A DNA stretch of 64,000 nucleotides from an uncultured Phycisphaerales bacterium. GTDB taxonomy: Bacteria; Planctomycetota; Phycisphaerae; Tepidisphaerales; Tepidisphaeraceae. Under the pieces are notes generated by a model. That model was not told the DNA's origin. It saw nothing but the letters and a program-made list of their open reading frames with translations, and made no database searches. Numbering within the stretch: position 1 is the stretch's first letter; every line of letters begins with the position of its first letter. The translations under genes and the position numbers were made by a program. Where the stretch lies: positions 512,001 through 576,000 of the forward strand of contig CAWJPJ010000007.1 in NCBI GenBank assembly GCA_963844715.1, read 5' to 3'. Below, one piece after another: positions 19,811 to 32,818 of this stretch.

Positions 19811-20605
19811 ATGCGAATTCCAAGAATGGATTACCTACGGATCGGGTCCGCGGGGTTTCTACTGATGATGATGACGGCGTGCGCGGATACCAGTCCGCAG
19901 CGCCGGGAATTGAGCGCGGGCGAGGATGCCCTGCGGGCGCAGCAGTATGACCGCGCGCTGCGCGCGGCGGATGTCGTGGTGGCGTCCGGAGTGAGCGCGG
20001 ACGCGGCGGAGGCGCACTACCTGCGCGGGCAGGCAATCGAGGAACGGCCGAAGCTGGACAAGGGGGCGGCAAACGCCGACCTGGCCGAGGCGCGGCGGGA
20101 TTATTGCACGGCGCTGGAGGAGAAGCCCAGTCCGGAATTGCAGGCACGCCTCCACGGGCAGGTCGGGAATGTGACGTATTTCCAGGAAGATTACGCCGTC
20201 GCGCTTCAACAATGGACCATCGCTTATCAGCAGCTTAACAATCCATTGTGGAAGCAATGGGTGCTGTATCGGATGGGGATCTGCCAGCAGCGATTGGGAC
20301 GGTTTGTCGACGCGGACCGGACGTTTGAGATTGTGCAGGGAGATTACCCGGGAACGGAAGTCGCGAGCCGGGCGCACGCGAGGGAAGGGGTGCACGGGTT
20401 TTACGTGCAGGTGGGGGCGTTTACCGACGCGGGCGACGCCCAGAAGGCGGCGTATGTGGTGGGGGCGACTGGTTCCATCCCGCAGGAAGTGGACCAGCAT
20501 GGGCTGAAAGTGGTTCGCACGGCGGGGGTGCCTTCTTACTCGCAGGCCGCGGCACTGAAGAACCGGCTTATAGGTCAATACCCCGATGCCAGAATAATGC
20601 CCTAG
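19811..20605 (+). CDS. TPR-repeat plus SPOR-domain lipoprotein
   Basis: GGAGG RBS; MTAC lipobox; helical TPR-like repeats (AHYLRG, VLYRMG); C-terminal FYVQVGAF SPOR motif. Confidence 0.8.
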   Translation: MRIPRMDYLRIGSAGFLLMMMTACADTSPQRRELSAGEDALRAQQYDRALRAADVVVASGVSADAAEAHYLRGQAIEERPKLDKGAANADLAEARRDYCTALEEKPSPELQARLHGQVGNVTYFQEDYAVALQQWTIAYQQLNNPLWKQWVLYRMGICQQRLGRFVDADRTFEIVQGDYPGTEVASRAHAREGVHGFYVQVGAFTDAGDAQKAAYVVGATGSIPQEVDQHGLKVVRTAGVPSYSQAAALKNRLIGQYPDARIMP

Positions 20606-20632
20606 GGCCGCGGCGACCGCCGCCAATTCGGC

Positions 20633-23475
20633 TCATTCACCAAAGTCTGACATGGGGGGGCATTGGCAGATCAGATTTCTGTCGCCGTATGGGTTGTCGA
20701 TTCGGCCTACGGCGGGCCAGAATTTGTAATGCTTTGTCCAGGGGGCGGGATAGACGGCTTGCCGGCGCGAATAGGGATGCTTCCAATTATCGTCGGCGAT
20801 GGCGGCGGCGGTGTGTGGGGCGTTTTTCAGAACATTGTCCGCGCGGTCGGCGTTGCCTTGCTCGATATCGCGAATTTCCTGGCGAATCGAAATCAGCGCA
20901 TCGCAGAGGCGATCGAGTTCAGCTTTGGATTCGCTTTCGGTCGGCTCGATCATCAGCGTGCCGGCTTCAGGCCAGGACATGGTTGGGGCGTGGAATCCGT
21001 AATCCATGAGCCGCTTGGCGATGTCTTCGACTTTGATTCCGGCGGATGAGTCGAACTCCCGGCAATCGAGAATGAACTCGTGGGCGCAGCGGCCGTTCTT
21101 TCCCTGGAAGACGATGGGGTAATGCTCCTGGAGGCGCACGGCCATGTAGTTGGCGTTGAGGATGGCGATTTCGCTGGCGCGTTGTAGGCCTGCGTCTCCC
21201 ATAAGGGCGATATAAACCCAGGGGATGGGGAGGATTCCGGCGCTGCCGTAGGGGGCCGCGGCGATGGGTCCGACGGCGTCGTCGCCGTGCCCCGGGAGGA
21301 ATTGGGCCAGATGCTCGGCGACGGCGATGGGGCCGACGCCGGGGCCGCCCCCGCCGTGGGGGATGCAGAATGTTTTGTGCAGATTGAGATGGCAGACGTC
21401 GGCGCCGATATCGGCGGGGCGGCAGAGGCCGACCATGGCGTTCATGTTCGCGCCGTCGAGATAAACCTGACCGCCATGGTCGTGAATGATTTTGCAGATT
21501 TCCCTGGGTTGTTCCTCGAAGACGCCGTGAGTGGAGGGGTAGGTGAGCATGAGAGCGGCCAGGCGGTCGCGATGCTCGGCTGCCTTGGCGGCGAGGTCGT
21601 TCAAGTCGACGTTGCCCATCTCATCGCACGCGACGGGGACCACTTTGAAACCGGCCGTGACGGCGCTGGCGGGGTTGGTTCCGTGCGCGGAGACGGGGAT
21701 TAAGCAGATGTTTCGGCCTTTGTCGCCGCGATGTTCGTGATAGGCGCGAATGACCAATAGTCCGGCGTATTCGCCTTGCGAGCCGGCGTTGGGCTGAAGC
21801 GAGACGGCTGAGAAGCCGGTGATTTTGGCGAGCCAGAGTTCGAGTTCCGCGAAGAGTTCGGCGTAACCGCGCCATTGGTCGGGCGGAGCGAAGGGATGCA
21901 GCCGTGCAAATTCCGGCCAGGTGATCGGCAGCATTTCGCTGGTGCCGTTCAGTTTCATCGTGCAGGAGCCGAGGGGGATCATCGATTGGGCCAGCGAGAG
22001 GTCGCGGCTCATGAGTCGGCGGATGTAGCGCAGCATTTCGGTTTCGCTGTGATAGCGATTGAAGACCGGATGGGTCAGATAGGGCGTGGTTCGGGCCAGA
22101 CCCGGGGGGAATTCGCCGTGACCGGCGAGTTCGTCGATGTTGATGGGGAACGTGGCCCCGCCGGCGAAGGATTCGAGGAGAATTTGCACATCGCCGCGGG
22201 TGGTGGTTTCGTCGAGGGAGATGCCGAGGCTTCCGTCTTGATAGTCGCGGAGATTAAATCCGCGGGATTTGGCCGCGGCCAGGATCATGCCGGTCTCGAG
22301 TCCCTGCGGGCGGACTCGGAGCGTGTCGAAAATTTCGCGTTGATTAACCAGATGCCCGATGCGGCGCAACCCCATGGCCAGGGCGCGGGTCGAGACCGCG
22401 CACGCGCACGGCGATTTGTTTCAGGCCCTCGGGGCCATGGTAGACGGCGTACATGCCGGCGATGACCGCGAGCAGAACCTGGGCGGTGCAGATATTGCTG
22501 GTGGCTTTGTCGCGGCGGATGTGCTGCTCGCGGGTTTGGATGGCCAGGCGATAGGCGGGCTCGCCTGCGGAGTCCTTGGAGACGCCGACCAATCTGCCGG
22601 GAAGTTTTCGGGCGAACTCGCTGCGCGTCGCCAGGTAGGCGGCGTGAGGTCCGCCGAAACCGAGGGGCACGCCGAAGCGCTGGGTGGATCCGACGGCGAT
22701 GTCCGCGCCGAATTCGCCGGGCGGTTTGAGAAGCGTGAGGGCAAGAATATCGGCGGCGACGACCACCATCGCGCCGGCGGCGTGCGCGGCGGCGACGATT
22801 GCCGAATAATCGACGATGGTTCCGTCGGTCGAGGGGCATTGCAGCAGCACGCCGCAGAATTCGCGGGCTTTGAAATCGGTCGCTGAGGCTGGGCCGATTA
22901 CGCATTCGATTCCGACCGCGTGGGCTCGGGCGCGAGTGACGGCGATGGTCTGTGGATGGCAATCCTCGGCGATGAAGAAGGCGTTGCGCTTTTGCTCGCC
23001 GATGTGCCAGCACATTCCCATCGCCTCGGCGGCGGCGGTGGCTTCGTCGAGCAGCGAGGCGTTCGCCAGGGGAAGGCCGGTCAACTCGCTGACCATGGTT
23101 TGAAAATTGAGAAGCGCTTCGAGGCGGCCCTGGGAGATTTCGGCCTGGTAGGGCGTGTATTGCGTATACCAGCCGGGATCTTCCAGGATGTTTCGCTGAA
23201 TGACGGGGGGTGTGATGGTGTCGGAATAACCCATGCCGATGCAGCTACGGGCGACGACATTTTTTTGTGCGATTTCGCGCAATCGCTGGAGCAGTTCGAA
23301 TTCACCGCTGCCGGGACCGATTCCGAGGGACCGGTCGAAGCGGATGGATCGCGGAATGGTCTGGTCAATCAGTTCGGTAACCGAAGTGAGGCCGAGCGTG
23401 GCAAGCATATCGCGGCACGTCGGACTCGGTGGGTCCGATGTGTCTGTGCACGAATGTGTCGGACGGGGCGAGCAT
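20633..23475 (-). CDS. gcvP: glycine dehydrogenase (decarboxylating), P protein (two frameshifts)
   Basis: [81 protein letters not shown]. Confidence 0.95.
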
Positions 23476-23506
23476 CGAGCTTGGAAACGGCTCGGCGACG
23501 GGCGGA

Positions 23507-23887
23507 TCAGTGTCCAATTTTCTTGAGATAATCATCGGCGGAGAGAAGTTTACTGGTTTCATCGGCGCTCGCCACTTTCACCTTGATCATCCAGGCGCCG
23601 GAATATGGGTCGGCATTGACCAGGCCGGGGTTGGAATCGAGTTCGGCATTGACGGCGGTGACCGAGCCGGTGACGCCGCTCACGAGATCGGCGGTGGCTT
23701 TGACCGATTCGATCTCGCCGAACGGCACACCCGCTTTGACGGACTGCCCGACCGTGGGCAATTTCACATAGGTGATGTCCGTCAACTCATCGGCGGCGAA
23801 TTGAGTGATGCCGATGGTGACGGTATCGCCGTCGATCTTGTGCCATTCGTGGGTCTGCAAATAACGTCGGTCTTGTGGTACGGGCAT
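23507..23887 (-). CDS. gcvH: glycine cleavage system H protein
   Basis: THEW, GITQFA, IESVKA (lipoyl Lys), VNADPY..W. Confidence 0.96.
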   Translation of the reverse strand: MPVPQDRRYLQTHEWHKIDGDTVTIGITQFAADELTDITYVKLPTVGQSVKAGVPFGEIESVKATADLVSGVTGSVTAVNAELDSNPGLVNADPYSGAWMIKVKVASADETSKLLSADDYLKKIGH

Positions 23888-23895
23888 GGTTGATC

Positions 23896-24991
23896 CTATG
23901 TCTTTGGATTTCTGCGGTAAAACGGCAGCGGGACAATTTTAGCCGGGTGTTGCGATGAGCGCAAGTCGACCAGCAATTCGGTTCCGACCTCGGCGTGGCG
24001 GGAGTCAACGTAAGCCATGGCGATGCTTTTTTGCAGCGTGGGGCTGAGGGTTCCGCTGGTGACTTCGCCGACGTGGGCGGCCCGGTGCAAAACGGCCGAC
24101 CCCTGGCGGGCGATGCGCTGGCCGGACAATTCCAGGCCGACGAGTTTTCTTGCCGGGCCATTCTTCGCGATGACGCGGAGCGGCTCGACGCCGATGAATT
24201 CCTTTTTCAGATCGACGGCCCAATCGAGGCCGGCCGAGATCGGATCGGTTCCCTCGGAGAGTTCATGCCCATAAAGAGGCATGGCGGCTTCGAGGCGAAG
24301 GGTATCGCGGGCGCCCAGGCCGGCGGGTTGGATGATGGAATCAGGCTGGCACAGCCCGGACGAAAGGGATTTGAGCGAGCCGGTTGCCGCCTGCGGCGGA
24401 GAGAATAATTTCGACGCCGTCTTCGCCGGTATATCCGCTGCGAAAGACCGTGTAGGCGGACATCAGATGCCGGCCGTTTTCAAAACTCCAGCGCGGGAGC
24501 GAGGTTAATTCGACCGCCAGCACGCTGCTGATTTCGTCGATCACCCTGGGGCCCTGGATGGCGACCATCGCGGTGGCCTCGGTGCGGTCGTCGATTTTCA
24601 CGTCAAAGCCCTCGCTATGCGCGGCAAGATGCTTGACGATTTTATCGCGATTGGACGCGTTGCAGATGATGAGCCAATGCTTGGCGTCTTTTCCGACGAC
24701 GATGTCGTCGAGCACGCCGCCGGCTTCGTTGCAGACCAGGCTGTAGCGAATTTGCCCGGTTCGGAGATTGGCGACGTTGCGGGTAAGGATTTTATTTAGG
24801 AAAGGGAGGGCGTCTTTGCCGGTGATAAAGAGCCGGCCCATGTGCGAGACGTCAAAGAGGGACCCGCTGGTTCGCGTCTGCTGATGCTCGGCGGCGATGC
24901 CGCGATAGAGCAGCGGCATCTCCCACCCGGCGAAGTCGACCATTTTCGCTCCGCAGGAGACGTGAAACTCATACAACGGCGTTCGCAGCAT
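23896..24991 (-). CDS. gcvT: glycine cleavage system aminomethyltransferase T (frameshift near 24380)
   Basis: RTPLY, FAGWEMP, FDVSHMG, RSGYTGEDG, PLYGHEL, GEVTSG, PFY. Confidence 0.95.
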
Positions 24992-25061
24992 GAATCGGCG
25001 AAAGGTAGTTCTGGAGGTTTAGCGCGTCAAGGAAACGCCCGCGGGCGTATAATTGTTTACC

Positions 25062-26423
25062 ATGAAGAGCATCAACCCCGCGACCGAAGAAATCATCGCA
25101 GAATATCCCGAGCATAGCTGGGAACAGATCGAAGCCGCATGCGCGGCGGCGAAGGAAGCGTTTCGTTCCTGGCGGAAAACGCCGCTCGCGCAACGGTGCG
25201 ATTTGCTTCGCCGCGCGGCGAGCGTGCTGCGGGAGAGGCGTTCGACTTTGGCCCCGCTGATGACCAGCGAGATGGGCAAGACGATCGCCGCCAGCGAAGG
25301 GGAAATCGACAAGTGCGTATTCGGATGCGAATACTTCGCGCAGCAGCGCCGAGGTTTCTGGCGGCGGAGCCGATGCTATCAGATGCGACGAGCAGTTATG
25401 TTCGATTCGATCCTCTTGGCGTCGTCCTGGCGATCATGCCGTGGAATTTTCCGATCTGGCAAGTGCTGCGATTTGCGATTCCGGCGCTGGCCGCCGGCAA
25501 CACGGTTTTGCTGAAGCATGCGCCGAATGTTCCGGGTTGTGCACTGGCGATCGAAAAGCTTTTTGCCGATGCGGGATTTCCCAAGGGCGTTTTCACGTCG
25601 CTGCTGGTTTCGGACAACGCGACGGCGGAGCAATTGGCGGCGCATCCAAGTTTGGCGGCGATCACGCTGACGGGAAGCGAACGCGCCGGCTCCATCGTCG
25701 CGTCGATCGCGGGGAAGTCGCTGAAAAAGACGGTCATGGAATTGGGCGGGTCCGATCCGTTCATCGTTTTGGACGATGCCGATCTTTCGACGGTTATTCC
25801 GGCGGCCGTGGATTCGCGATGCCAGAATAACGGGGAGAGCTGCATCGCCGGAAAACGATTCATCGTTCACAAAAGAATCGCGGCCACCTTCGAACAGCAA
25901 TTCACCGCGGCGATGGCAGCGCTGAAAGTGGGCGACCCGATGGATCGCGCGACGAAACTCGGGCCGCTGGCGCGGCACGATCTGCTCGAAAATCTACGCC
26001 GCCAGACGGAGGCGACGATCGCGCAGGGGGCGCGGCTGGCGACGGGCGGGCATCGCCTTCCGGGCAAAGGGTTCTTCTTTGAGCCGACGGTGTTGACGGA
26101 TGTCGAGCCGTTTATGACGGCGTTTGTCGAGGAGACCTTCGGCCCGGTCGCCGCGGTGATCCGCGGCAACAGATATCGATCATGCGGTTCAATTGGCAAA
26201 CGAAAGCCGCTATGGATTGGGCGCGAGCCTTTGGACGAGCGATCTGGATCGCGCCCAGAAGCTTGCCGGTGAAATCGAGGCGGGAGCGGTTTTCATCAAT
26301 GGAATCGTCAAATCCGACCCGCGATTGCCGTTTGGGGGCACCAAAAATAGCGGGTGGGGCCGGGAATTGTCACAATTCGGCATCCGCGAATTCGTGAACA
26401 TAAAAACGGTCTGGATTCGATAA
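25062..26423 (+). CDS. NAD(P)-dependent aldehyde dehydrogenase, succinate-semialdehyde dehydrogenase-like (two frameshifts)
   Basis: [62 protein letters not shown]. Confidence 0.9.
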
Positions 26424-26529
26424 TTCTGTTGCCTGTCCATAAGTGGCGCGGGTCGGGAAGCCGAAATGGGATTCCCAGGTGGAAATCCATACCGAAGCTG
26501 TTTTAGAATCTCAGTCTCGGAACTCACCG

Positions 26530-27700
26530 ATGCGATCAAGAAAATTCCTCATCGCGGCCTTGTGCCTGACTGTAGCGGTGTCTGCTTTAAGCGGGTGTAA
26601 TCGTTCCCCGCAGCCGCAGGGTTTTACAATGCCGCCGGCGGCTGTGGTGATTGCCCCGGTGGTGACGGCGGACGTGCCGATCTATCTGGATGAGATCGGG
26701 AAGACGGTTGCCAAGGAGTCGGTAACCATCCAGCCGCAGGTTTCGGGGAAGCTGGATCGGCGCGATTTCGCGGACGGCGCGGATGTGAAGGCAGGGCAAA
26801 AACTCTTCACCATTGATCGCGCGTCCGTTCCAGGCTTTGGTGGACTCCGCCGAGGCGCAGCTCGAGCAGGCGGAGGCGCAGCGGGAGATCGCACGGATCA
26901 ATTTCAATCGCGACGCGAATCTGCTGCCGACCCAGGCTGTGTCCCAACAGGATTATGACACGGCGAAGAACGCCGTCGCGGTTGGGGAAGCCAACGTCAA
27001 AGCGGCGCAGGCGGCAGCTGGAAACCGCGAAATTGAATCTCAATTATTGCACGATCGCGTCGCCCATCGACGGGCGGGCCGGATTGCGACTGGTCGATCC
27101 CGGAAACGTGGTGACGGCTAACTCGAGCAATTTGCTGGTGGTTCAGAAGATTACGCCGATCGAAGTGCAGTTCACGGTGCCCGAATTACAACTGGATCGC
27201 GTCCGCGCGGAAATGGCCGGGGGGACATTGCAGGTTCAGGTGCATACTCAGGACGATGATCGCCCGCCGGCGGAAGGCGAACTCGAGTTTCTCGACAACA
27301 GCGTTCAGGACGGGACGGGGACGGTTTACCTGCGGGCACTGCTGGAGAACAAGGATCGGCGGTTTTGGCCGGGGCAGTTCGTGCAGGTGCGCCTGATTTT
27401 GGCGACGGTTCATGACGCATTGCTGATTCCGGCCGAGTCGGTGCAGGTCGGGCAGCAAGGATCTTTCGTTTTCATCCTGAACCCTGACGGCACGGCGGCG
27501 CAGCGCAACATCACGCCTGGGCAGCGGCAGGGGGATGACATTGTCATCGAAAAGGGGCTTGCGGCGGGGGAGACGGTGATCCGCTCGGGGCAATTGATGG
27601 TTCAGCCGGGATTACCCGTTAACGTGACGAACCCCGCGGCAACGCAGCCTGCCGCGGCGGGGACTGCCGACGCCGACCCGATGCCGGAGCCAAGCCATGA
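26530..27700 (+). CDS. RND efflux periplasmic adaptor subunit, MdtA-like (frameshifts)
   Basis: LSGC lipobox; IQPQVSG; IASPIDGRAG; FWPGQFV; ATGA overlap with the permease. Confidence 0.88.
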
Positions 27701-30700
27701 ATCTCTCCGAGCCGTTTATTCGCCGCCCGGCGATGACCACGTTGCTGACGGTGACGTGCATCCTGTTTGGCGTGCTGGCGTATCGATCGCTGCCGGTGAA
27801 CGATCTTCCTTCGGTGGATTATCCGGTCATTCAGGCGCAAGTGAATTATCCGGGCGCCAGTCCCGAGACGATGGCCGCCAACGTCGCCACGCCGCTGGAA
27901 AAGCAGTTCATGCAGATTCCGGGGCTGTCAGGTGGTGACCAGCTCCAGCGGGCAGGGGCATACGAGCTTCACGCTTCAGTTTGATTTGAGCAAGAGCGTC
28001 GATGCGGCCGCGACGGACGTTCAGGCGGCGATCTCGCAGGCGGCAGGGGAGTTTGCCGGTCGATTTGCCCTCGCCGCCGACGTTTTCCAAGACCAATCCG
28101 AACGACCAGGCGATCATGTACATCGCCCTGGTCAGCGACACGGTCACCGGGCGGCGATCTGTACGACTACGCCAGCACCGAGGTGGCGCAGCGCATCAGC
28201 ATCTTGCCCGGGGTTTCGCGGGTGGATACCTACGGGACGAAATCCGCCGTGCGAATCAAGGCCGATCCATCGGCGCTGGCGATCCGCGGGATGACGATCG
28301 AACGATTTGTCAGCCGCGATCGGCAAAGGGACGGACTACGAAGGGGCGGGGCAGTTGGATGGCCCGCACCGGACTTTTTTGCTTCAGCCGCAGGGACAAC
28401 TCACCGATGCGGCGCAATACAACAATCTGATCGTCGCGATTCGCAACGGTGCGCCGGTTTATCTGCGCGACGTGGCGACGGCGGTCGATACCGTCGAGGA
28501 CGAGCGAATCGCGATGCATTTCTGGGATCGCGATTTCAACGTTCCGCCGGCCGTCGTGGTGCTGGCGGTGTTCCGGCAGGGGGGGACCAATGCGGTGCAG
28601 GTTGCCCAATCGGTGCGCGATCTGCTCCCGCAGATGCAGGTTCAGTTGCCGCCGTCGATTCGGATGTATCCGATTTACGACCGGTCGCTGTCGATCGTTC
28701 ACTCGGCCGACGACGTGCAGACGACGCTGCTGATCGCGTTCGTTCTGGTGGTGATCGTGATCTTCGTGTTCCTCGGCCGGGCCAACGACACGCTGATTCC
28801 GGTGGTCGCCCTGCCGCTCTCGCTGCTGCTGACGTTCATCGTCATGCAGGTCCTGGGATACAGCCTGGACAATCTTTCGCTGATGGCGTTGACGCTGGCG
28901 ATTGGGTTTCTGGTGGACGATGCGATCGTGTTTCTGGAGAACACCGTCAGCCGGATGGAGCATGGCGAAACCGCGCTGGTCGCTTCGATCAACAGCGCCA
29001 AGCAGATCAGCTTGACGATTTTGTCGATGACGGTGTCGCTGGCGGCGGTGTTCGTGCCGCTGGTTTTCATGCCGGGACTGGTGGGGCGGATATTCCGCGA
29101 GTTCGCGGTGACGATCATCGTCTCGATCATTCGCGTCGGGAATGGTTTCGTTGACGCTCACGCCGATGATGTGCTCGCGCATGCTGGCCAATCGCGGCAA
29201 GGGGCATCGCAAGACGATAATGGAGCGCATCGGGCAATTGGCGTGATCGACCGCGTTTTGGTCGTGTACGGAAGATCGCTCTCCTGGTTCCTGCGGCACC
29301 GCTGGATTTCGCTGTGCATCTGGTTCATCACGATGATCGGGACTCTCTGGCTCTTCACGGCGGTCCCCAAGTCGTTCCTTCCGATCGGGGACAGCGGATT
29401 TATCCGCGGCCTAATGATCGGCCAGGAAGGCGCTTCGTATCAAGCAGATGCGCGTCTACCAGCACCAGGTGGACTCCATCATGCAGCCCAATCCGCCGTG
29501 CAAGCGACATTTACGCTGACCGGGTTCGCGCAATTCCTGCCTTCGAACCAGGGTTTTGTGCTCGCGTTTCTGAAGGACCGGGATCAGCGTCAGTCTATCA
29601 ATGCCGTGGTTGGGCAGTTGATGGGGGCATTCCGATCGATCTTAACTGTTTTACGGTTACGCAGCCGTCTCCCGTGTTGCAAATCAGCACGGGGGCGACG
29701 GCGAGCAACCAGGGGAAATACGCGTTATGCGATCTCCGGAATCGACCGGGGCAGGTGGACGAGGCCGGCAAAAAGCTGAAATACGCGATGTTGCCAAATC
29801 GGGGCCGACCGGGCTGTTTCAAAGCGTGTCGTCCGATCTGTTCACCCAGACCCCAATCTTCAGATCGATATTCTGCGGGACCCGGCCTCGACTACGGCGT
29901 TTCCGGCGACCATCGATCTTAAACACCATCCGGCAGGCGTATTCGCAGAATTACGTCTACCTGATCAAGAAGACCGGAAGATCAATTTCAGGTGATTCTC
30001 GAAGCGGCGGACGCGGACCGGGCGCATTCCGGCCGATCTTGCCAATGCTGTACGTGCAGTCCGATGACGGGCAGAGGCTGGTTCCGATGCCGGCGGTGGC
30101 GACGTGGCACGAAACGCTCGGGCCGCAGAACGTGAACCACATCAACCAGTTTCCCTCGGTGACGATTTACTTCAATCTGAATGAGGACGTCCCGATCGGC
30201 GTGGCGACCGATTTCATCACCGGCGTCGCCGCGCAGGTCATCCCGCCGGGAATCCGCGGAACGCTGCAGGGCGAAGCCAAGGATTTCGCCGACACAATGC
30301 AGCGTGCTGAGCATCCTGATGCTGCTGGCGGTATTCGTCATGTACGTGATCCTGGGAATTCTGTACGAAAGCTATGTGCATCCGCTGACGGTCTTGTCGG
30401 CGCTGCCGGTGGCGCTGGTGGGCGGGCTGGCTGACGCTTTGGATCGCGGGGAAAATTTTCGCACCATCGACGCATCGCTTTACGCCTTCATCGGCTTGTT
30501 CATGCTGATGGGGATCGTCAAGAAGAACGGGATCATGATGATCGACTTTGCGCTTCAGCGCATGGCGCATGGGCAGAACAGCGTGGACGCGATTCACGAC
30601 GCGAGCATGAATCGATTCCGCCCGATCATGATGACGACGCTGGCGGCGCTGATGGGCGCGGTGCCGATCGCGCTGGGCTTCGGCGCCGACGGGCAATCGC

Positions 30701-30975
30701 GTCGGCCGCTGGGTCTGGTGATCGTCGGCGGGCTTATCGTTTCGCAGTTCATCACGCTCTACATCACGCCGGTGATTTATCTCTATCTGGAGCAATTCCA
30801 GGAGAAGGTGCTCGACCGGACCAGCTTCTTCCATTCGGTGCGCAATCTGGCGGGCGCCGACGTCGAGGTGCTGGGTCACGAGGCTGGGGAGGGCTCCAAT
30901 GGAAAGGGCGGGAACGGGAGCGAAAACGCCGATTCGGCCACCCAGCGCGACAGGTCTGAAACCGCGTTCCGATAA
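27697..30975 (+). CDS. RND efflux permease, MdtB/MdtC-like (multiple frameshifts)
   Basis: FIRRP, PGASPETMA, GFLVDDAIV, LYES..HPLT, GIVKKNGIMMIDFA, RFRPIMMTT. Confidence 0.9.
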
Positions 30976-31155
30976 AAACGCTTCCCTGGATTACCCATTT
31001 TCTCCCGCAGTTTACCGGACGTTCCATTCCGTCCGACGGGGCAATTGGCGCAAGATATTTCGTTGATATGGGATCAGCCCCACGGTAGGATTCCGTGACT
31101 CGGCCGTTGAGGAAACTTGGTTTCGCACCCCTAATTTGTAGTGACGGAGTCAACC

Positions 31156-32463
31156 ATGAAATTGTGGAAAGGTCTGGCAGGCGTGGCCATGGTCATGCTC
31201 GCGACGGGCGGCATAGCGCGGGCACAGGATACGGGCACAGGAACGGGCGACAACGGAACCGGCAACGAGGTGGTCGCCCCCGCCGCCACGCCGGCGGAGA
31301 CGCCGACGCAAACCGCTCCGCTGATGGACGCGCTGGATCGCGCCCATCTCTCCGGCCCGCTGGATGCGGCGAACATCAACATCTACGGCTTCGTCGAAGC
31401 GGGCTGGATGTACGATTACAACACGCCGACCAACATCACTCCCGCCAAGAGCGCTCCCGGCGATTTCATTTTCTTCCCCGGCGCGTACAAAGATTCGCTG
31501 ATGCTGAACCAGGTCGACCTCACCATCGAGCGCACGGTCGACATCAACAAAAACAGTTGGGACGTCGGCTTCCTTGTCGAGGGCATCTACGGCCGCGACG
31601 CGTTCTTCACGCACTCGCACGGCATGCTGGACGAGGATAACAAAAACGGCGGCACCACCGGGCCGGACGATCAGCTCGACCTGCCGCAGGCGTATATCGA
31701 TGCGGTTATCCCGGTCTGGAATGGAATTGAAGTCAAGGCCGGGAAAATGGCCGACCTCCTCGGCGTGGAAACCATCAACCCGACCAAGAACGTCTTCTAC
31801 ACGCACAGTTATCTTTTTAGTTACGGCACGCCGTTCACCCAGACCGGCGTTTTGGGCACGATCAATATGCCCAGCGACATCAGTTCCACGGAATCGAGCA
31901 CGATGACGTTCGGCCTCACTCGCGGCTGGAACCAAAGCACGGAAGACAACAACGGCGTCCCCGACGGGTATTTCCAATTCGCACACCGCGGCGATTGGCT
32001 GAGCTATGAATTCAACTTCAACTACGGCCCCCAGGGTGTTCTGCCGTATGGGCCTTCGGATAATCACGATTGGTGGGAAATTCCCGAAGCCAACGTGACT
32101 CTCAAGGCGTCTGATCAGCTATCGTTCACCGCCGACGGCCTGGTCGGCAACGCGGCGCATCTTTCCACCTGGGACGACCTGGCGGGATATGTGACATACA
32201 TCATCGACCCCCGCTGGGCGGTAAGCCTGCGTACGGAGTACTATCATGACGGGCATGGCGTCACGACCGGCGTGGGCGGCGGAGACGTCGACTACGGGGA
32301 AGCGACCATTGGCGTGGCGATCACGCCGCTGCCCGGCGATGAATGGTTTGGCGGCTTGGTGATCCGTCCGGAACTTCGCTATGACTGGGCCGATCGAGCC
32401 GTGTTCGACGCCTCGCACTCGACCCAGCTCACGAGCGCCATCGACGTTTACTACAAGTTCTAA
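31156..32463 (+). CDS. outer-membrane beta-barrel protein (putative porin, BBP2/DUF1597-like)
   Basis: Signal peptide; LNQVDLTIER, FYTHSYLF.YGTPFTQTG, IRPELRYD; C-terminal YYKF aromatic end. Confidence 0.85.
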   Translation: MKLWKGLAGVAMVMLATGGIARAQDTGTGTGDNGTGNEVVAPAATPAETPTQTAPLMDALDRAHLSGPLDAANINIYGFVEAGWMYDYNTPTNITPAKSAPGDFIFFPGAYKDSLMLNQVDLTIERTVDINKNSWDVGFLVEGIYGRDAFFTHSHGMLDEDNKNGGTTGPDDQLDLPQAYIDAVIPVWNGIEVKAGKMADLLGVETINPTKNVFYTHSYLFSYGTPFTQTGVLGTINMPSDISSTESSTMTFGLTRGWNQSTEDNNGVPDGYFQFAHRGDWLSYEFNFNYGPQGVLPYGPSDNHDWWEIPEANVTLKASDQLSFTADGLVGNAAHLSTWDDLAGYVTYIIDPRWAVSLRTEYYHDGHGVTTGVGGGDVDYGEATIGVAITPLPGDEWFGGLVIRPELRYDWADRAVFDASHSTQLTSAIDVYYKF

Positions 32464-32580
32464 CTTAAGTCGTGGCAATGGCGGGCCTCGTTGGCCGCGC
32501 AGCGTCTTGCCCCCGATTTTTAAGGCATTTAGCGCACGATATGTCAGCCGTCGCGGGTTAGTGCATGAAACCGATTTTAG

Positions 32581-32609
32581 TTGGATTGGATTGCCCGTCC
32601 GTTTAGAAT
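32581..32609 (+). promoter_or_regulatory. putative sigma-70 promoter of the S53 peptidase
   Basis: TTGGAT-17 nt-TAGAAT. Confidence 0.45.
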
Positions 32610-32818
32610 GGAAGTGGAAGTCAGGGTACTGAGGAACGGGGCTGCGACCGCGGAGAATGCCCGTTGCAGCGGCGGACGGACAAGGCAATCCGCTTTCGGA
32701 AATGTTTGGGCTTTATCGCGTTGGTTCTTGTGTATTCCACACCAGCGCGGGGCGTTTCCGCCTAACCCATGAGGAAACTGCCGGGGGAGCTTTGGGATTT
32801 GCGCAGGAGATGTGTTTT

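Noticed and set aside
20633..30975. Pseudogenes or programmed frameshifts in gcvP, gcvT, the aldehyde dehydrogenase and the RND genes
   Set aside because: Indels are scattered across unrelated genes with no shared slippery motif; sequencing error is the simpler explanation.
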